A stretch of DNA of 64,000 bases from contig CM059432.1 of assembly GCA_030390025.1 (NCBI GenBank), positions 146,942,001 through 147,006,000 of the forward strand, written 5' to 3'. A program made the translations under genes and the position numbers. The stretch comes from Squalus acanthias. Its lineage: Eukaryota. The notes beneath the pieces are model-generated. The model saw nothing but the letters and a program-made list of their open reading frames with translations. It was not told the origin of the DNA and did no database searches. This document shows, in pieces, positions 25,209 to 37,770 of this stretch (position 1 is its first letter; every line of letters begins with the position of its first letter).

Positions 25209-27338
25209 GGGGGAAAAATTCAGTACCTTAGCACCTCCTATTAGCGCCAGCAGATGGCGGTAACAGGGCGCTGACGCAGTAGCACCGGGGCGAGGCGAAT
25301 CCAGCCCCGCACGGCAAATCCGACGCCCCCCCCCCCCCCCCCGCAGGGACTGCAATGTCAGGCAGATCGTGTCGTCAGTGAACGTGCAACACTCACTGGG
25401 CGCCCGATCTGGAAAATTAGTTGTCGCCACTTACCTTAGCGCCTCGACCAGACAGCGCCAGGGAGAGCTGGCCTGCAGCTGCAGGAAGCCGGCTCCAGCG
25501 ACGTTATTTAAAGGCATCAGCATTAATCACTGGCAGCTGTCAGGGCAGGTTAGTTTCAGTGGGTCATTGTCAGTTTCACCCACTCGAACAGTTTCTATGA
25601 GTAATTTCAAGCTTCTTTTGTATCAGCAGTCTTCTGGCAACTGCAAAGTAGCTACATTTATTGCTCAAAGATTCAAACTGCTACACTTGGCACCATTAAT
25701 GTGGTCTGTACTGGCGCCACCTCGCCCTCCAGGATCTACGGCGGAGGGAGCGTAGGCAGCGAGAAATATGAGAACATGTGGCCAGAGGGAGGAGGAGGGA
25801 CATCAGGGCTCTCACCAGGAGGCCTTACCCTCCGAGGGTATTCCGACAACACCTCTCCTACCTTCAATTAAGCGAGGATCAGTGTATTAGATGGCTCCGC
25901 ATCACCAAGACGGTGATCACAGAACTCTGCCACCTCCTCCATACAGACCTCCAACCTCACACCAGGATGACTTAAACCCCAGATCCCTTTTGCTCACCAC
26001 ATCCCCATCATACCATCCCTGTGTCATGCCGTATCACAGCGTCCTCCTGGGCGCAAAGGTGAAATGAGAGAGACTCCATTGATAAATTTATGCATAAATA
26101 TATCACACATATCACATTCTAATAACTAATGACCCTTGTGCCTGCCATAGTTGAATAGCTGTCATTTTGTGCAAGGTGTGAGATGTGGGTGTGAGTGTTG
26201 GTAGGTAGAGATTGTTGGTGGGTGAGCGCTGGGGGTGTGGTGCTTTGGGCAGTGTGTGAAGCTTGTGGTACAGATGGTGGTATGTAGCATTTGTTGAAGC
26301 ATTGACTCACCCTGACCACCCGACTGAGGTGGATCTGCCATGAGCACACCTGCTTCAGTCCTCCGGCTCCTCCTCCTTGTTGTGCTTCTCCTTGCTGAGG
26401 CAGCTCCACAGCCAGCCATTCCCTTTAAGTACTGGGAAGAGCCTGTGGCAATGATGAGTTAAGATTAGACTGCACCCGATATTGGTCCACCCTTTAAGTG
26501 TAACGCCAATGAGCTAGGGCTTTAAGTTTTGATTTAGCGCCCCAATCATTTCTTTGAGCAGTGAGAATGAATTTTGCGTGCAGTCTAGAGCATTAGTGCC
26601 TGGTGCTAATTCTCAAACTTTTCTAAAGACATTGTCCATTCCTGGCTATAATGAATTTCTAGCCCTTAGAGTAGCCTAAGAGGGCGCTAACGGGACGCAA
26701 AGCAACTAGCGCCCGGGCGCGGCGCCGCCAACACCTCCCGCGAAATTCAGCGGTAGGTTAGCGGCAGCGGTAACCGTTAGCGCCCAGTGGCGCTGCGCCG
26801 CCAGCAATGATGTCATCGCCGTGTGCAGTGCCCCGCTCACGCCCCGGCCGCAATCTTTAGTAGCGCCCCCATACTTACCGCCGGATGCTATGTCCGACGG
26901 GGTCAGGGGGGCCTACCTGCGGCCAGGGCGGCGCTATTTAAAGGCGAGGTGCCGGGCGGCCATTTTTGTTGCTGGCTGCCTGCCAGCACCTGCCTCCGCT
27001 GCCGTCCCCCGCCTCCTGACCCGGCCCCCCTGCGAAGTGCCGGCTGCGCTCCATGAGCCCGGCACTTCTCTTGAGTGCTGGGCTCTTTTGCCAGCACTCC
27101 CGATCCCCGGTGGCCCAGCTGGGCCCCGGGTCGCGCTGCGCAAGGCCCCGCCCCTTTAAGAAGGGGAGGAAGGCCTGCAATACCGCGGCGCAACGTGCCG
27201 CGATATTCCCTCACCGCTTCCCTCTTGGGGCGCTACCTCTCAATTTCGGCCGCAGGGGCGCTAATTTTTCCGGGGCTCTAAAAGTAGCGCCCCAGCGAAG
27301 TTAGCGCCCCAAAGGGGGCGCGACTCAATTTCTCCCCC
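25209..27338. mobile_element. PIF/Harbinger internally deleted element with convergent transposase (+) and Myb/SANT (-) remnants
   Basis: TIRs GGGGGAAAAATTCAGT ... ACTCAATTTCTCCCCC; flanks CTA/TTA; RRPYPPRVFRQHLSYLQLSEDQCIRWLRITKTVITELCHLL at 25778-25975; ...LSRVVR|gtgagt on - at ~26305. Confidence 0.85.
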
Positions 27339-27449
27339 TTAGACTTACCTGCTGTGTCTCTAACTCTGCTGCTAAAAATTTTTTTAAGTAACTTTTAAAC
27401 TGCGGCTCTCTCTGCTGAACTGGTTCTTATGGTTTTTCAGCTTGGCTGG

Positions 27450-30427
27450 TCGCTGGCTTGTGGTTTTACATTTTCTCCGCTGTTTTGATCAGCGCTGACC
27501 TCCAAATTGCGTCAATTTTGCCATCGTCTTTCTGCACCACTATTGATTCTCATTCCTATGGCAACAACCTCCAACCTCCAACTCTCTACCCATTCAAATA
27601 GCTCCTGGACTTCACTCGCCTGCTACACCTGTCTCTAATTTGGACAGCGGTTTGTCGATGCTCCGTACCGGCCCCATCCTGCTCACGTTGACTTGTCCCT
27701 CCATGGGACCTCTGACTTTGACTCTGGTCTCCCTACTATTGTCCCCAACCTATTCCCTGCTACTACCAGGAAATATGTATCCCATTAATTACTACATAAC
27801 CAGGTCTATGTAACCTGAGCTTTTCCCTGTGTCCATTCATGTGTGCACTTTGGCTGCCACTCCGGAGCCGAGCCGTTCATTTCTTTTAACACTTTTTCTC
27901 CCCCTTTTCCTTTTCTCTCTATCCCTCCTTGACCACTCTCTCCTGTCGTCATGCCTCCTTTCATCTCTCCTCTCTCGGATACTCTGCCCTCCCAAATCCC
28001 TACCCCAATCCTTCATTATTCTTCGAACTTCCTACTCTCCTGCCACCGTCCCAGGCTTGACTCCCTCTTAGATAAGCCCACAGCTTCCCTCTGTGCCTCT
28101 CTTGGCATCCTACGAAGGGCCCATCGTGGCACTCGTCGCTGCCTCCTCACGAGCAGCAACCACAACTGTCCCATCCTACTCTCTCGCCGACCTTCCCACC
28201 CAGCGCACCCACTGGGGGCAAATCTTGACAATCTCCTCCTCGTCCAACTCACCCCTCCCAGTGCTGACCCTGTGGACGTTGGCAGTGGGTCAGCCATCAC
28301 CGACCCTCTCCACATCTCCCTCCAGAATGTCCGTTCTCTTTTGAACACGGCCCTTGCCATCCATGAGCTTATCGTGGATGATTGCATCGACATCATGGCC
28401 CTGACGGAAACTTGGTTGAGGGGTGATGACACCCTACCCCTAAATTAAGCCTCTCCTCCTGGCTATACCTTCCACCACTTGCCCCGCTCAGACTGCCGTG
28501 GTGGCGGTGTGGCTCTCATCACCAAATCACACCTTGGTCTGTCCCCCTACTCCTCCGACAGTTTCTCCTCCTTTGAGCATCTCACCTTATTCCACCCCTC
28601 TCACCTCATTTAAAATTATTGGGGGGAGAAATTGGGCACCTTAGCACCTCCCGTTAACGCCTCTGGGGGGACGCTATTGGGGTGCTACCGGCTTTGCGAC
28701 CGGGCATGGTGATAGTACCGACGCCCGTGAAATTGAAGTGGAGGTTTGCGGTGGCGGTAACCACGAGTGCCAGGCTCTCCTGCGCCCGGAGATCGTGATG
28801 TCATTCGGATGCGCAGCGCCCGGGCTCTGAAATTCACTTTCGCCCCCTGCCTGAGGGCCTGTCGTTAGCAGCAACAGGTAGAGGAGGCGGAATGCAGTCG
28901 GATGAGCGCTGGAGGAGAGCGATATAAAGGCGTCAACTCCTTACTTTGTTTGTCGGCAAAGAATGCTGGCTTGTCAGTTTGACAGAAGCAAAGAGGTGTT
29001 TTGAGTGATTTGAGCGTTCGCAACTTGAAGGAGTATTCTGGCTGAGAAAAATTTATCACTTTCATCTGGGTTACATTTGATAATCCTTTCCATCATTTAA
29101 TGGGGGCTGTACTGGCACTGGACCGCGCCCTCCAGCATCACCGTCCGAGGCAGCGGAGGCAGAAAGAAAGATTGCAAAATGTGGCCAGAGGAAGGAGGAC
29201 CAAAAGAGCTCTCAACAGGAGGCCTTACCCTCCCAGGGCATTCCGGCAGCATTTCTCCTACATCACTCTCACTGAGGAGCACTGCCTTAGAAGGCTCCGC
29301 TTCAGCAAGGAGGTGGTCACAGAGCTCTGCCACCTCCTGCAGCCAGACCTGGAGCCTCAGATCAGGACCACCACGGCTCTCTCAGTGGCAGTCAAGGTCA
29401 CAGTCGCCCTCAATTTCTATGCCAGTGGATCCTTCCAGTGTGCAACAGGAGACATATCTAACATCTCGCAGTTCGCTGTCCATTACTGCATCTACAAGGT
29501 CACAGATGCTCTCTACAGAAGGAGAAGGGACTACATTTCCTTCCCCATGACCCCTCCACGGTCTCTAAATTGTCAGACTGCTTGTCTGACATACAGTACT
29601 GGATGAGCAGAAATTTTCTCCAATTAAATATTGGGAAGACCGAAGCCATTGTTTTCGGTCCTCGCCACAAACTCCGTTCCCTAGCCACTCTCCCTAACAT
29701 CTGTCTGAGGCTGAACCACACTGTTTGCAATCTTGGTGTCATATTTGACACTGAAATGAGCTTCTGACCACATATCCGCAGCATAAGTAAGACCGCCTAC
29801 TTCCACCTCCGTAACATCGCCCGTCTCCGCCCTTGCCTCAGCTCATCCGCTGCTGAAACCCTCATCCATGCCTTTGCTACCTCCAGACTTGACTATTCCA
29901 ATGCACTCCTGGCTGGCTTCCCACGTTCTACCCTATGTAAACTTGAGGTCATCCAAAACTCTGCTGCCCCATGTCCTAACTCGCACCAAGTCCTGTTCGC
30001 CCATCTCCCCTGTGCTCGCTGACCTACATTGGCTCCTGGTTAAGCAACGCCTCGATTTCAAAATTCTCATCCTTGTTTCTAAATCCCTCCATGTCCTCGC
30101 CCCTCCCTTCTCCAGCCCCACAACCCCCCAAGATTTCTGTGCTCCTCTAATTCTGCCCTCTTGAGCATCCCTGATTATAATCGCTCAACCATTGGTGGCC
30201 GTGCCTTCTGTTGCCTGGGCCCTAAGCTCTGGAATTCCCTGCCTAAACCTCTCCGCCTCACTACCTCTCTTTACTCCTTTAAGAGGCTCCTTAAAACCTA
30301 CCTCTTTGACCAAGCTTTTGCTCATCTGCCCTAATTTCTCCTTATGTGGCTCGGTGTCAAATTTTTTTGTCTTATAATACTCCTGTGAAGTACCTTGGGA
30401 CATTTAACTAGATTAAAGGCGCTATAT
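27450..30427 (+). mobile_element. L2 LINE (endonuclease N-terminus and RT C-terminus), centre replaced by a Harbinger fragment
   Basis: ISLQNVRSL...DIMALTETWL (EN, ~28310-28420); DCLSDIQYWMSRNFLQLNIGKTEAI and LADLHWLLVKQRLDFKIL (29570-30100); tail ggcgctatat. Confidence 0.85.
28622..29552 (+). mobile_element. PIF/Harbinger left end with transposase N-terminal ~150 aa (HARBI1-like)
   Basis: TIR GGGGGAGAAATTGGG; ORF from 29100 ...EHCLRRLRFSKEVVTELCHLLQPDL...VKVTVALNFYASGSFQCATGDISNISQFAVHYCIYKVTDAL...YISFP; stops before the DDE core. Confidence 0.88.
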
Positions 30428-30692
30428 GTGTCAGCTGTGGCTCAGTGGGTAGCACACTCGCCTCTGAGTCAGAAGGTTGTGGGTTCAGGTCCCACTCCAG
30501 GGACTTGCGCACATAAATCTAGGCTGACACTCCCAGTGCAGTGCTGAGGGAGCGCTGCAGTGTCGGAGGTGCCGTCTTTCGGATGAGACATTAAACCGAG
30601 GCCCTGTCTGCTCTCAGGTGGATGTAAAAGATCCCATGGCACTATTTTGAAGAAGAGCAGGGGAGTTATCCCCGGTGTCCTGGCCAATATTT
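30428..30692 (+). mobile_element. Deu-domain SINE, 5' part
   Basis: Near-identical to the first part of 12898-13358; ends where Harbinger sequence begins. Confidence 0.85.
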
Positions 30693-30967
30693 GTCATGGT
30701 TGAATAGCTGGCAGTTGTGTGCAAGGTGCGAGATGTGGGTGTGAGGCTTGCAAGAGTGGGAAGTGTATGAGGGTGAGGTGAAGCTATGATTGTGAGCTAG
30801 GAGCCCTATTTGATAGAGATTGTTGATAGGAGAGTGATGGGGGTGTGGTGCATTGAGCAGTGTGTGAGGCTAGTGGTGCAGATGGTAGGATATGGCTTTT
30901 GAAGATGCATTGACTGACCTTGACCACTCGCGTGAGGTCGTTAAAATTCTTCCGGCATGGCATCAAT

Positions 30968-33295
30968 GGCCTAGAAATTCCCCGCTGTAGCGCCGGTTGT
31001 TAAGTCCAGTTTTGTTGAAAAAATGGTGGCCGCCTCGCTTCTGCCCGCTTCCAGTGCGCGATACGGCGGCCGCCATTTTGGTGAGGGCCATAGTGCTGCT
31101 GTTGCCAGCGCTGCGCTCTCAAATTGAAATGAGCAGATCGTGATGTCAATTGGCGTGCAATGTCTGATTTGACGCCACGACTTCTAATTTTGACGTTGCC
31201 AAACACCATAATGCCCTGTTCTAAGTATGTACAGAAAAGCAGCCCTGCCGAGACACTGTTTAACGGGACACATTTTTCAGGTAAGTTTGGATTTCAGCCT
31301 TTGGACTTTAAAAAAATATTTTGTTGAATAAGTGGCTTGGTGCAATATATTTAAAACGTTTTTAAAGTGCGCACCGAGTGCAGGGATTGCTGCTGGATGC
31401 TTGCAAGGCTTTGGATGGTAAAGGAAGGCCTCTGAAAAGACAAAAAATGCTGGAAATACTCAGCAGGTCAGGCAGCATCTGTGGAGAGAGAAAGAGTTAA
31501 CAGTTCAGGTTGAGATACTGCCTGACCTGCTGAGTATTTCCAACATTTTCTGCTTTTATTTCAGATTTCCAGCATCCGCAGTATTTTGCCTCTGAAAAGA
31601 TCACTTGCTCTCAGTCCTGGGGGGCACATGGAAATGAAGCAGAGGCAGCAAAGGGGACAAGCTGCTCGCAGAGGGAAGAGGAAGAAGCAGAAGAGGAAGA
31701 TGCAGACGAGAAGGAAGCAGAAGAGGAAGAAGCAGAAGAGGAAGAAGCGGAAGGAAGGATGCAACCTAGACAGCCCATTTCTGGCCGGGATATCCAGGAT
31801 GGAATCATCCACCTTTGGTGCCAGTGACCACAACCCCAATTCCCCTTTCAACATTTGTCCCACATCTTCCCTTCCCTCTGTGACTGACCATCACAGTGTC
31901 CTCTTGGCCACAATGCTGAAATAAAAGCCACCACAAAGCAAACTTTCCAATCCAACTTTATACACCTATCCATCCAATATGACATCAAGGAATCCACTCA
32001 TCACCCTAGTGCATTCTCTTAGTGGCTGTCTTGTGTGTGCCTTTGCCTATCCTAGTGATGTCACACAGTGCTACCCCAGTGGCTGCAGCATGGCTGGTGG
32101 AAGGCTGCTGACCTTCAGTGGGGGACACTGCAGATGGCCTTGCAGGACAACCTCGAGGAACTGGTGACTGGGAATGTGAAATCATGTGATGGTGTTTCTT
32201 CTTCTTCTCTCTCCTTCTTCTTGGTCAACCACTGGCTGGGCAGGCTGCATTTCTTGGGTGTGTGAAATGAGGAAGGCACAAGGGTAGGGTTGTGGTGAGG
32301 GGAGGGCGGGAAAGCTAAAGGTGCATGCTTACATGATGCGCACCTTGTAAATCAGCAGATATTGTGGAATGAGGGGGAAGTGGGATGTGAGAAGAAGGAT
32401 AAGGAATGAGGATACCAGCATCTTGTATTCTTTCAGCCCCGCCGCTGGCCAAGGGCTCAACCATACCCCTGCCAAGAATGACCAGCACCGACTCCTCCAA
32501 GGGGGTGAGGTGTAGCTAGGAATATGAGGTTTACCTTGTGCTTGGTACAGATTGTTGGTAGGTGAGTGATTGGGGGTTATGCATTGAGCAGTGTGTGAGG
32601 CTAGTTGTGCAGTTGGTAGGAGACGGCTTTTGAAGATGCATTCACTGACCTTGACCACTGGTCTGAGGTCATGAAACTTCTTTGGACACTGGAGCCAGGT
32701 TCTGGAGGTGACACTGCTGGCAGTGACGGCCTCGGTGATCTAGTCCCACATCGTTCCTTCTGGAGAGACTCCTGGCCCGTGTGGCTTCCAGTGTTGAGCC
32801 CCGGCAAAAAGCAGGAGTGCTGTGTGCGAGGCCCTGGGTGCCCCTTCCCTGGCTTGATGAGCCATTTGTGTTAGTGCTGAAGCACTTTTCCCATTTTTTG
32901 TACCTGCAGATGGCAGTTCAGCTTTCAGAGCTGAAGACTGCCATTTTGGAATTATTTTTTCAAAACATTTTCAGAAGGCAGATGAGCTCGAAGGGCTAAA
33001 GACTGCCTATTTTTAAATGATTTTTATTTTATTTGAGAAGGCAGTTCCCCTTTAAGGGCTTAAGACTGCTTTCTAAATTGACGGGCTAGCTTTAAGAAAA
33101 TGCTGCCTCGCTCCAGGGACGCTACAGCCACGCTACATTGGGCCTCCTGCTGAGCGCACACCTGCGTTACACGGTAGGTTCTGCGCTCCAATCATTTAAA
33201 TCAGCAGGCAGCACCCGCGCTCTTTTTACGGACAATAATTAACCTCGCCCCGCCATGGCTCCGCCCATTTTCCTGCGTTTTCAGATTTCTAGGCA
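30968..33295. mobile_element. Nested Harbinger deletion derivative (acidic transposase C-terminus on +, Myb/SANT remnant on -)
   Basis: TIRs GGCCTAGAAATT ... GATTTCTAGGCA; flanks AAT/CAT; GAA-rich EEEEAEEED...GRDIQD at ~31670-31800; Myb remnant at ~32640-32865. Confidence 0.75.
31441..31587. mobile_element. Miniature fold-back PLE pLTR insertion
   Basis: Inverted arms aatgctggaaatactcagcaggtcaggcagcatct / agatactgcctgacctgctgagtatttccaacatt; 13-bp TSD gcctctgaaaaga at 31428-31440 and 31588-31600. Confidence 0.85.
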
Positions 33296-34327
33296 CATGT
33301 GCTGGTGGAAAGATTAGTGTCACTGGCCGCTTCAGCAATCTTCTCCCACTGCCTTCCTACTGTCTGTCTGGAAGGCAGGAGGCAGGAGGGCCCCCTGCGG
33401 GTACAGGACCCAACTCCTCCCATCGACCCCCCCTGCACTAAGGTCTCCGGTGCTGCATTCGAGATCCGAGGTGCCCGTTCTCCGCCCTGTTGCGACATTG
33501 GTAACTTCCCCTTTCCTTAGCTCCACTCAGAATGAGGTGCTTCTTTCAGAGAGCACCTCCCCTTTCGGAAGTGCAGACAGCATTTCACTCTGCAGGCAAC
33601 CTTTAAATACACGTCGGACTTCCCGCGATATTGGTCCCTCGTTGAGCGCTGAGCCAATCAGCAGTGCGTTTCAGCGCTGGGCTCGGCGGTTCAATCATGT
33701 TCATTAGCAGTCGGCACGAATTCTGGATGCTGCCTGCTTTAATTTCAGGCCTTATCGAATTTAGCCCCCACTGTTGTTTTGCAGAGACATGCAACAGCCA
33801 GCTTGTGCACAGCAAGATCTCTCCAACAGAAGTGAGATGAATGACCAGTTCATTTTTTTTTAGTGGTACTGATTCAGGGAGAATGTTGGTCAAGTCGTCA
33901 GGATAATTCCCCGCTCTTTTTTGAATAACGCTTTGGATATTTCGTGTCCGCTTAAACAGACCAACAGAGCTCAGCTTAATCTTCCATCCGAAAGATGCTG
34001 TGTAAATTTAAAGGAGTACTGTGCCCACCTCGAGGAGGCAGTCTCTCACTGCTTTGCTTCAAGGCAGCAAGGATAAAATGAGGTGTAAGGAATCTAAAGA
34101 CATCTGGGAGCTGGCTGAATGTTTTTGTTGTTAACACAGTGCTCGGCTAACACTAAAATTCAAGCAGAATTTAGATGCTGAAGAACTGTTATTCCTGGCC
34201 ATAGGATGAAGGAGGACCAGCAGTATAACTCAGGTCTGCTGGCACTTAATCATTCTCAGCATGCATCGGTAGTATATTTATGCTCATTATAATCATAGTC
34301 ATACCTTGATTACTCCTTGGCAGGCTT

Positions 34328-34887
34328 AGAACATAAGGACATAAGAAATAGGAGCAGGAGTAGGCCATTCAGCCCTTCGAGCCTGCTCCGCCATTCAATG
34401 AGATCATGGCTGATCTTCTGCCTCAACTCCATTCACCGGTCCTATCGCCATATCCCTTGATGCCCTTACTAGTCATAAATCTATCGACTTCAGTTTTGAA
34501 TATTCCCAATGACTGAACCTCCACAACCCTCTGGGGTAGAGAATTCCAAAGATTCACCACCCTCTGTGTGAAGAAATTTCTTCTCATCTCAGTCCTGAAT
34601 GGCCTTCCCTTTATCCTGAGGCTGCGGCCCCTGGTTCTAGACTCCCCAGCCAAGGGAAACATTATCCCAGCATCCATCCTATATAATTTTGTATGCTTCA
34701 ATGAGATCCCCTCTCATTCTTCTGAATTCAAGAGAATACAGGCCTAGTTTACTCAATCTCTTCTCGTACGACAGTCCCGCCATCCCAGGAATCAGTCTGG
34801 TGAACCTTTTTTGCACTCCCTCTATGGCAAGTATATCTTTCCTTAGGTAAGGAGACCAAAACTGCAGACAGTACTCCAGGTGTGGCT
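34328..34887 (-). mobile_element. CR1 LINE 3' fragment
   Basis: ORF 34423-34701; highly similar to 1728-2290. Confidence 0.9.
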
Positions 34888-35534
34888 TTGAGTTGGTTAT
34901 TATTGTTTTCTTTCATTGTGCACATGGATTATATGACAACTAGGGAAAAGGAGAGCTTACAAACTTAACAAGCCATTGTCAAAATGCTACTTATTGTTCA
35001 TGTGTTGAAAACTGAAAAGCCCCCAATATTCAAACACATCTGCTGGATACTTTGTGAACCTATTTAACAAACATTGGATTTTGAGGACATTGATGAGCCG
35101 GAGAATCCATTCACTAACTGGAATACGGTTCATTTTGTTACAAATCAAAGTAAAAAGTAGAAGTCATTTCAGATTAATGTGCGTAAACAATCCCATTTGA
35201 ATTCTCGAGTTAGTTTATATGTATGACCTTGGAACACCAATTTAACCATGAAAGGTACTTGAAATCGATCCTTCACTGTTCCCAGAATCATGAAACAATC
35301 ACATGGTATGTTGGTTTGATGACATTTCAAAAGAGGAGAATCTCTGAGTCGCTGATGTCAGCAATGGCAACAAGTATATTACAGTAGTAATCACATTTCT
35401 TTAATCTTACCTGTTGTGAATGAGGCAATTTATTATATACGGTATTGTGATGAAGGATATAATTCCTAAAAAACATTCAGGAAACCATAGAGAATTCAAG
35501 CCCCCAAACATAGCTCCTGAAATACTAGTTTAAA

Positions 35535-36525
35535 AACAACAACAACTTGCATTTATATAGCGCCTTTAATGTTGTAAAACATCCCAAAGCGCTGCACAGG
35601 AGGATTATCAAACAAATTTGATACCGAATCACATAAAGAGATATTAAGGCAAAAGCTTGGTCAAAGAGGTAGGTTTTAAGGAGCATTTTAAAGGAAGAGA
35701 GAGGGAGATAGAGAGACCGGGAGGTTTAGGGAGGGAATTCCAGAGCCCAGGGCCCAGGCAGCTGAAGGCACGGCTGCCAATGGTGGAGCGATTAAAATCG
35801 GGGATGCACAAGAGGCCAGAATTGGAGGAGCGCAGAGATCTCGGAGGGTTGTAGGACTGGAGGAGGTTACAGAGATAGGGAGGGGCGAGGCCATGGAGGG
35901 ATTTGAAAACGAGGATGAGAATTTTAAAATTGAGATGTTGCTTAACCGGGAGCCAATGTAGGTCAGCGAGCACATGGGTGATGGGTGAACGGGACTTGGT
36001 GCGAGTTATGATATGGGTAGCAGAGTTCTGGATGAGCTTAAGTTTATGGAGGGTGGAAGATGGGAGGCCAGCCAGGAGTGTGTTGGAGATAACAAAAACA
36101 TGGACCAGGGTTTCAACAGCAGATGAACTGAAGCAGGAGTGGAGTCGAGCGATGTTACGGAGCTGGTAGTAGGCAGTCTTAGTGCTGGCGTGGATATGTG
36201 GTCAGAAGCTCACCTCGATGTCAAATACAACACCAAGGTTGCAAACAGTCTGGTTCAGCCTCAGACAGTTTCTAGGGAGAGGGATGGAGTCGGTGGCTAG
36301 GGAACGGAGTTTGTGGCGGGGACTGAAGACAATGGCTTGGCTCTTCCCAATATTTAGTTGGAGGAAATTTCTGCTTCATCCAGTACTGAATGTCGGACAA
36401 GCAACCTGACAATTTAAAGACAGTGGAGGGGATGAGAGAGGTAGTGGTGAGGTAGAGCTGGGTAGCATCAGCGTACATGTGGAACCTGACACTGTGTTTT
36501 CGAATGATGTCGCCGAGGGCAGCAT
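35535..36525 (-). mobile_element. L2 LINE 3' part
   Basis: MYADATQLY (RT YADD-like), LADLHWLPVKQHLNFKIL; (aac)n tail. Confidence 0.9.
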
Positions 36526-36539
36526 TTATTAAAAATTAA

Positions 36540-37232
36540 TTCACGGGATGTGGGTGTTGTTGGCCAGCATTTCAAAGCCCATCCCTAATTTCCCATGAGA
36601 AAGTGGTGGTGAGCTGTCTTCTTGAACCGCTGCAGTCCGTGTGGTGAAGGTGCTCCCACAGTGCTGTTAGGGAGGGAGTTCCAGGATTTTGACCCAGCGA
36701 CGATGAAGAATCGGCGATATATTTCCAAGTCAGAATGGTGTGTGGAGCAGAATTTGGAGGTGGTGGTGTTCCCATGCACCTGCTGCCCTTGTCCTTCTAG
36801 GTGGAAGAGGTCGCGGGTTTGGGAGGTGCTGCCGAAGAAGCCTTGGCGAGTTGCTGCAGTGCATCTTGTAGATGGTACACACTGCAGCCACGGTGTGCTG
36901 GTGGTGGAGGGAGTGAATGTTTAAGGTGGTGGATGAGGTGCCAATCAAGCGGGCTGCTTTGTCCTGGATGGTGTCGAGCTTCTTGAGTGTTGTTGGAGCT
37001 GCACTCATCCAGGCAAATGGAGAGTATTCCATCACACTCCTTACTTGTGCCTTGTAGATGGTGGAACGGCTTTGGGGAGTCAGGAGGTGAGATACTCGCC
37101 GCAGAATACCTAACCTCTGACCTGCTCTTGTTGTCACAGTATTTATGTGGCTGGTCCAGTTAAGTTTCTGGTCAATGGTGACCCCCAGGATGTTGATGGT
37201 GGGGGATTCGACGATGGTAATGCCATTGAATG
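36540..37232 (-). mobile_element. Non-LTR retrotransposon 3' end (CR1/L2 group, Zenon/Crack-like)
   Basis: AGQRLGILRRVSHLL...IYKAQVRSVMEYSPFAWMSAAPTTLKKLDTIQDKAARLIG. Confidence 0.8.
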
Positions 37233-37579
37233 GTTTAGATGTCCAGGGGGTGTAATGGTTTAGATGAATAACGAGGAATGGTAATCTTTTAAATGTGAAA
37301 AACAGATGTTGTAGTGGTTTAGAAACACCTCCTAGAAATGGAGCAATGGATCAGCCTAGGTTAATTCCAGGATTTCAGTCTAATTTACATGTTTGAAGCT
37401 CCACATTTAATGACACAGGATCATATTTTGGTTCTTAAGTGGCTCCAGGTGCTACATGATAAAGCATTCTTTATGTACGTTATACTTAGTGTCAAATCTT
37501 TTTGTGTTTTTAATGTCAAATTTGTTGATATTGGATTTATTTTCAGATCACCCTGCTCAGAACAGACATTAGAAAATGA

Positions 37580-37770
37580 AAAAGCAAAATACTGCAGATG
37601 CTGGAAACCTGAAATAAAAACAGAAAATGCTGGAAATACTCAGCTGGTCAGGCAGCATCTATGGAGAGAGAGAAACAGAGTTAACGTTTCAGGTCGATGA
37701 TCTTTCGCCTGTTTTCTCTCCACAGATCCCACCTGACCTGCTGAGTATTTACACCAATTTCTGTTTTTAT
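37580..37770. mobile_element. Miniature fold-back PLE pLTR insertion
   Basis: Inverted arms of the family-1 pLTR; 12-bp TSD attagaaaatga / atcagaaaatga (37568-37579, 37771-37782). Confidence 0.8.

Larger units (their letters stand above)
30695..33768 (-). mobile_element. Harbinger right part with Myb/SANT gene remnant (outer element)
   Basis: MSQQGGERAPRISNAAPETLVQG...WEKIAEAASD (33498-33297) continues as MPCRKNFNDLTRVVK (30966-30920) across a nested insertion; TIR-like AATTTCAGGCC / AATTTAGCCCC at ~33741-33768. Confidence 0.7.

Noticed and set aside
29100..29606. Domesticated HARBI1 host gene
   Set aside because: Adjacent to a TIR, truncated before the DDE core, fused to L2 sequence, and paralogous to 25778-25975.
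31586..31924. Arg/Lys-rich protamine-like ORF
   Set aside because: Alternative frame of a GAA-rich tract that in another frame gives the acidic Harbinger transposase tail (GRDI motif shared with ~19590 on -).
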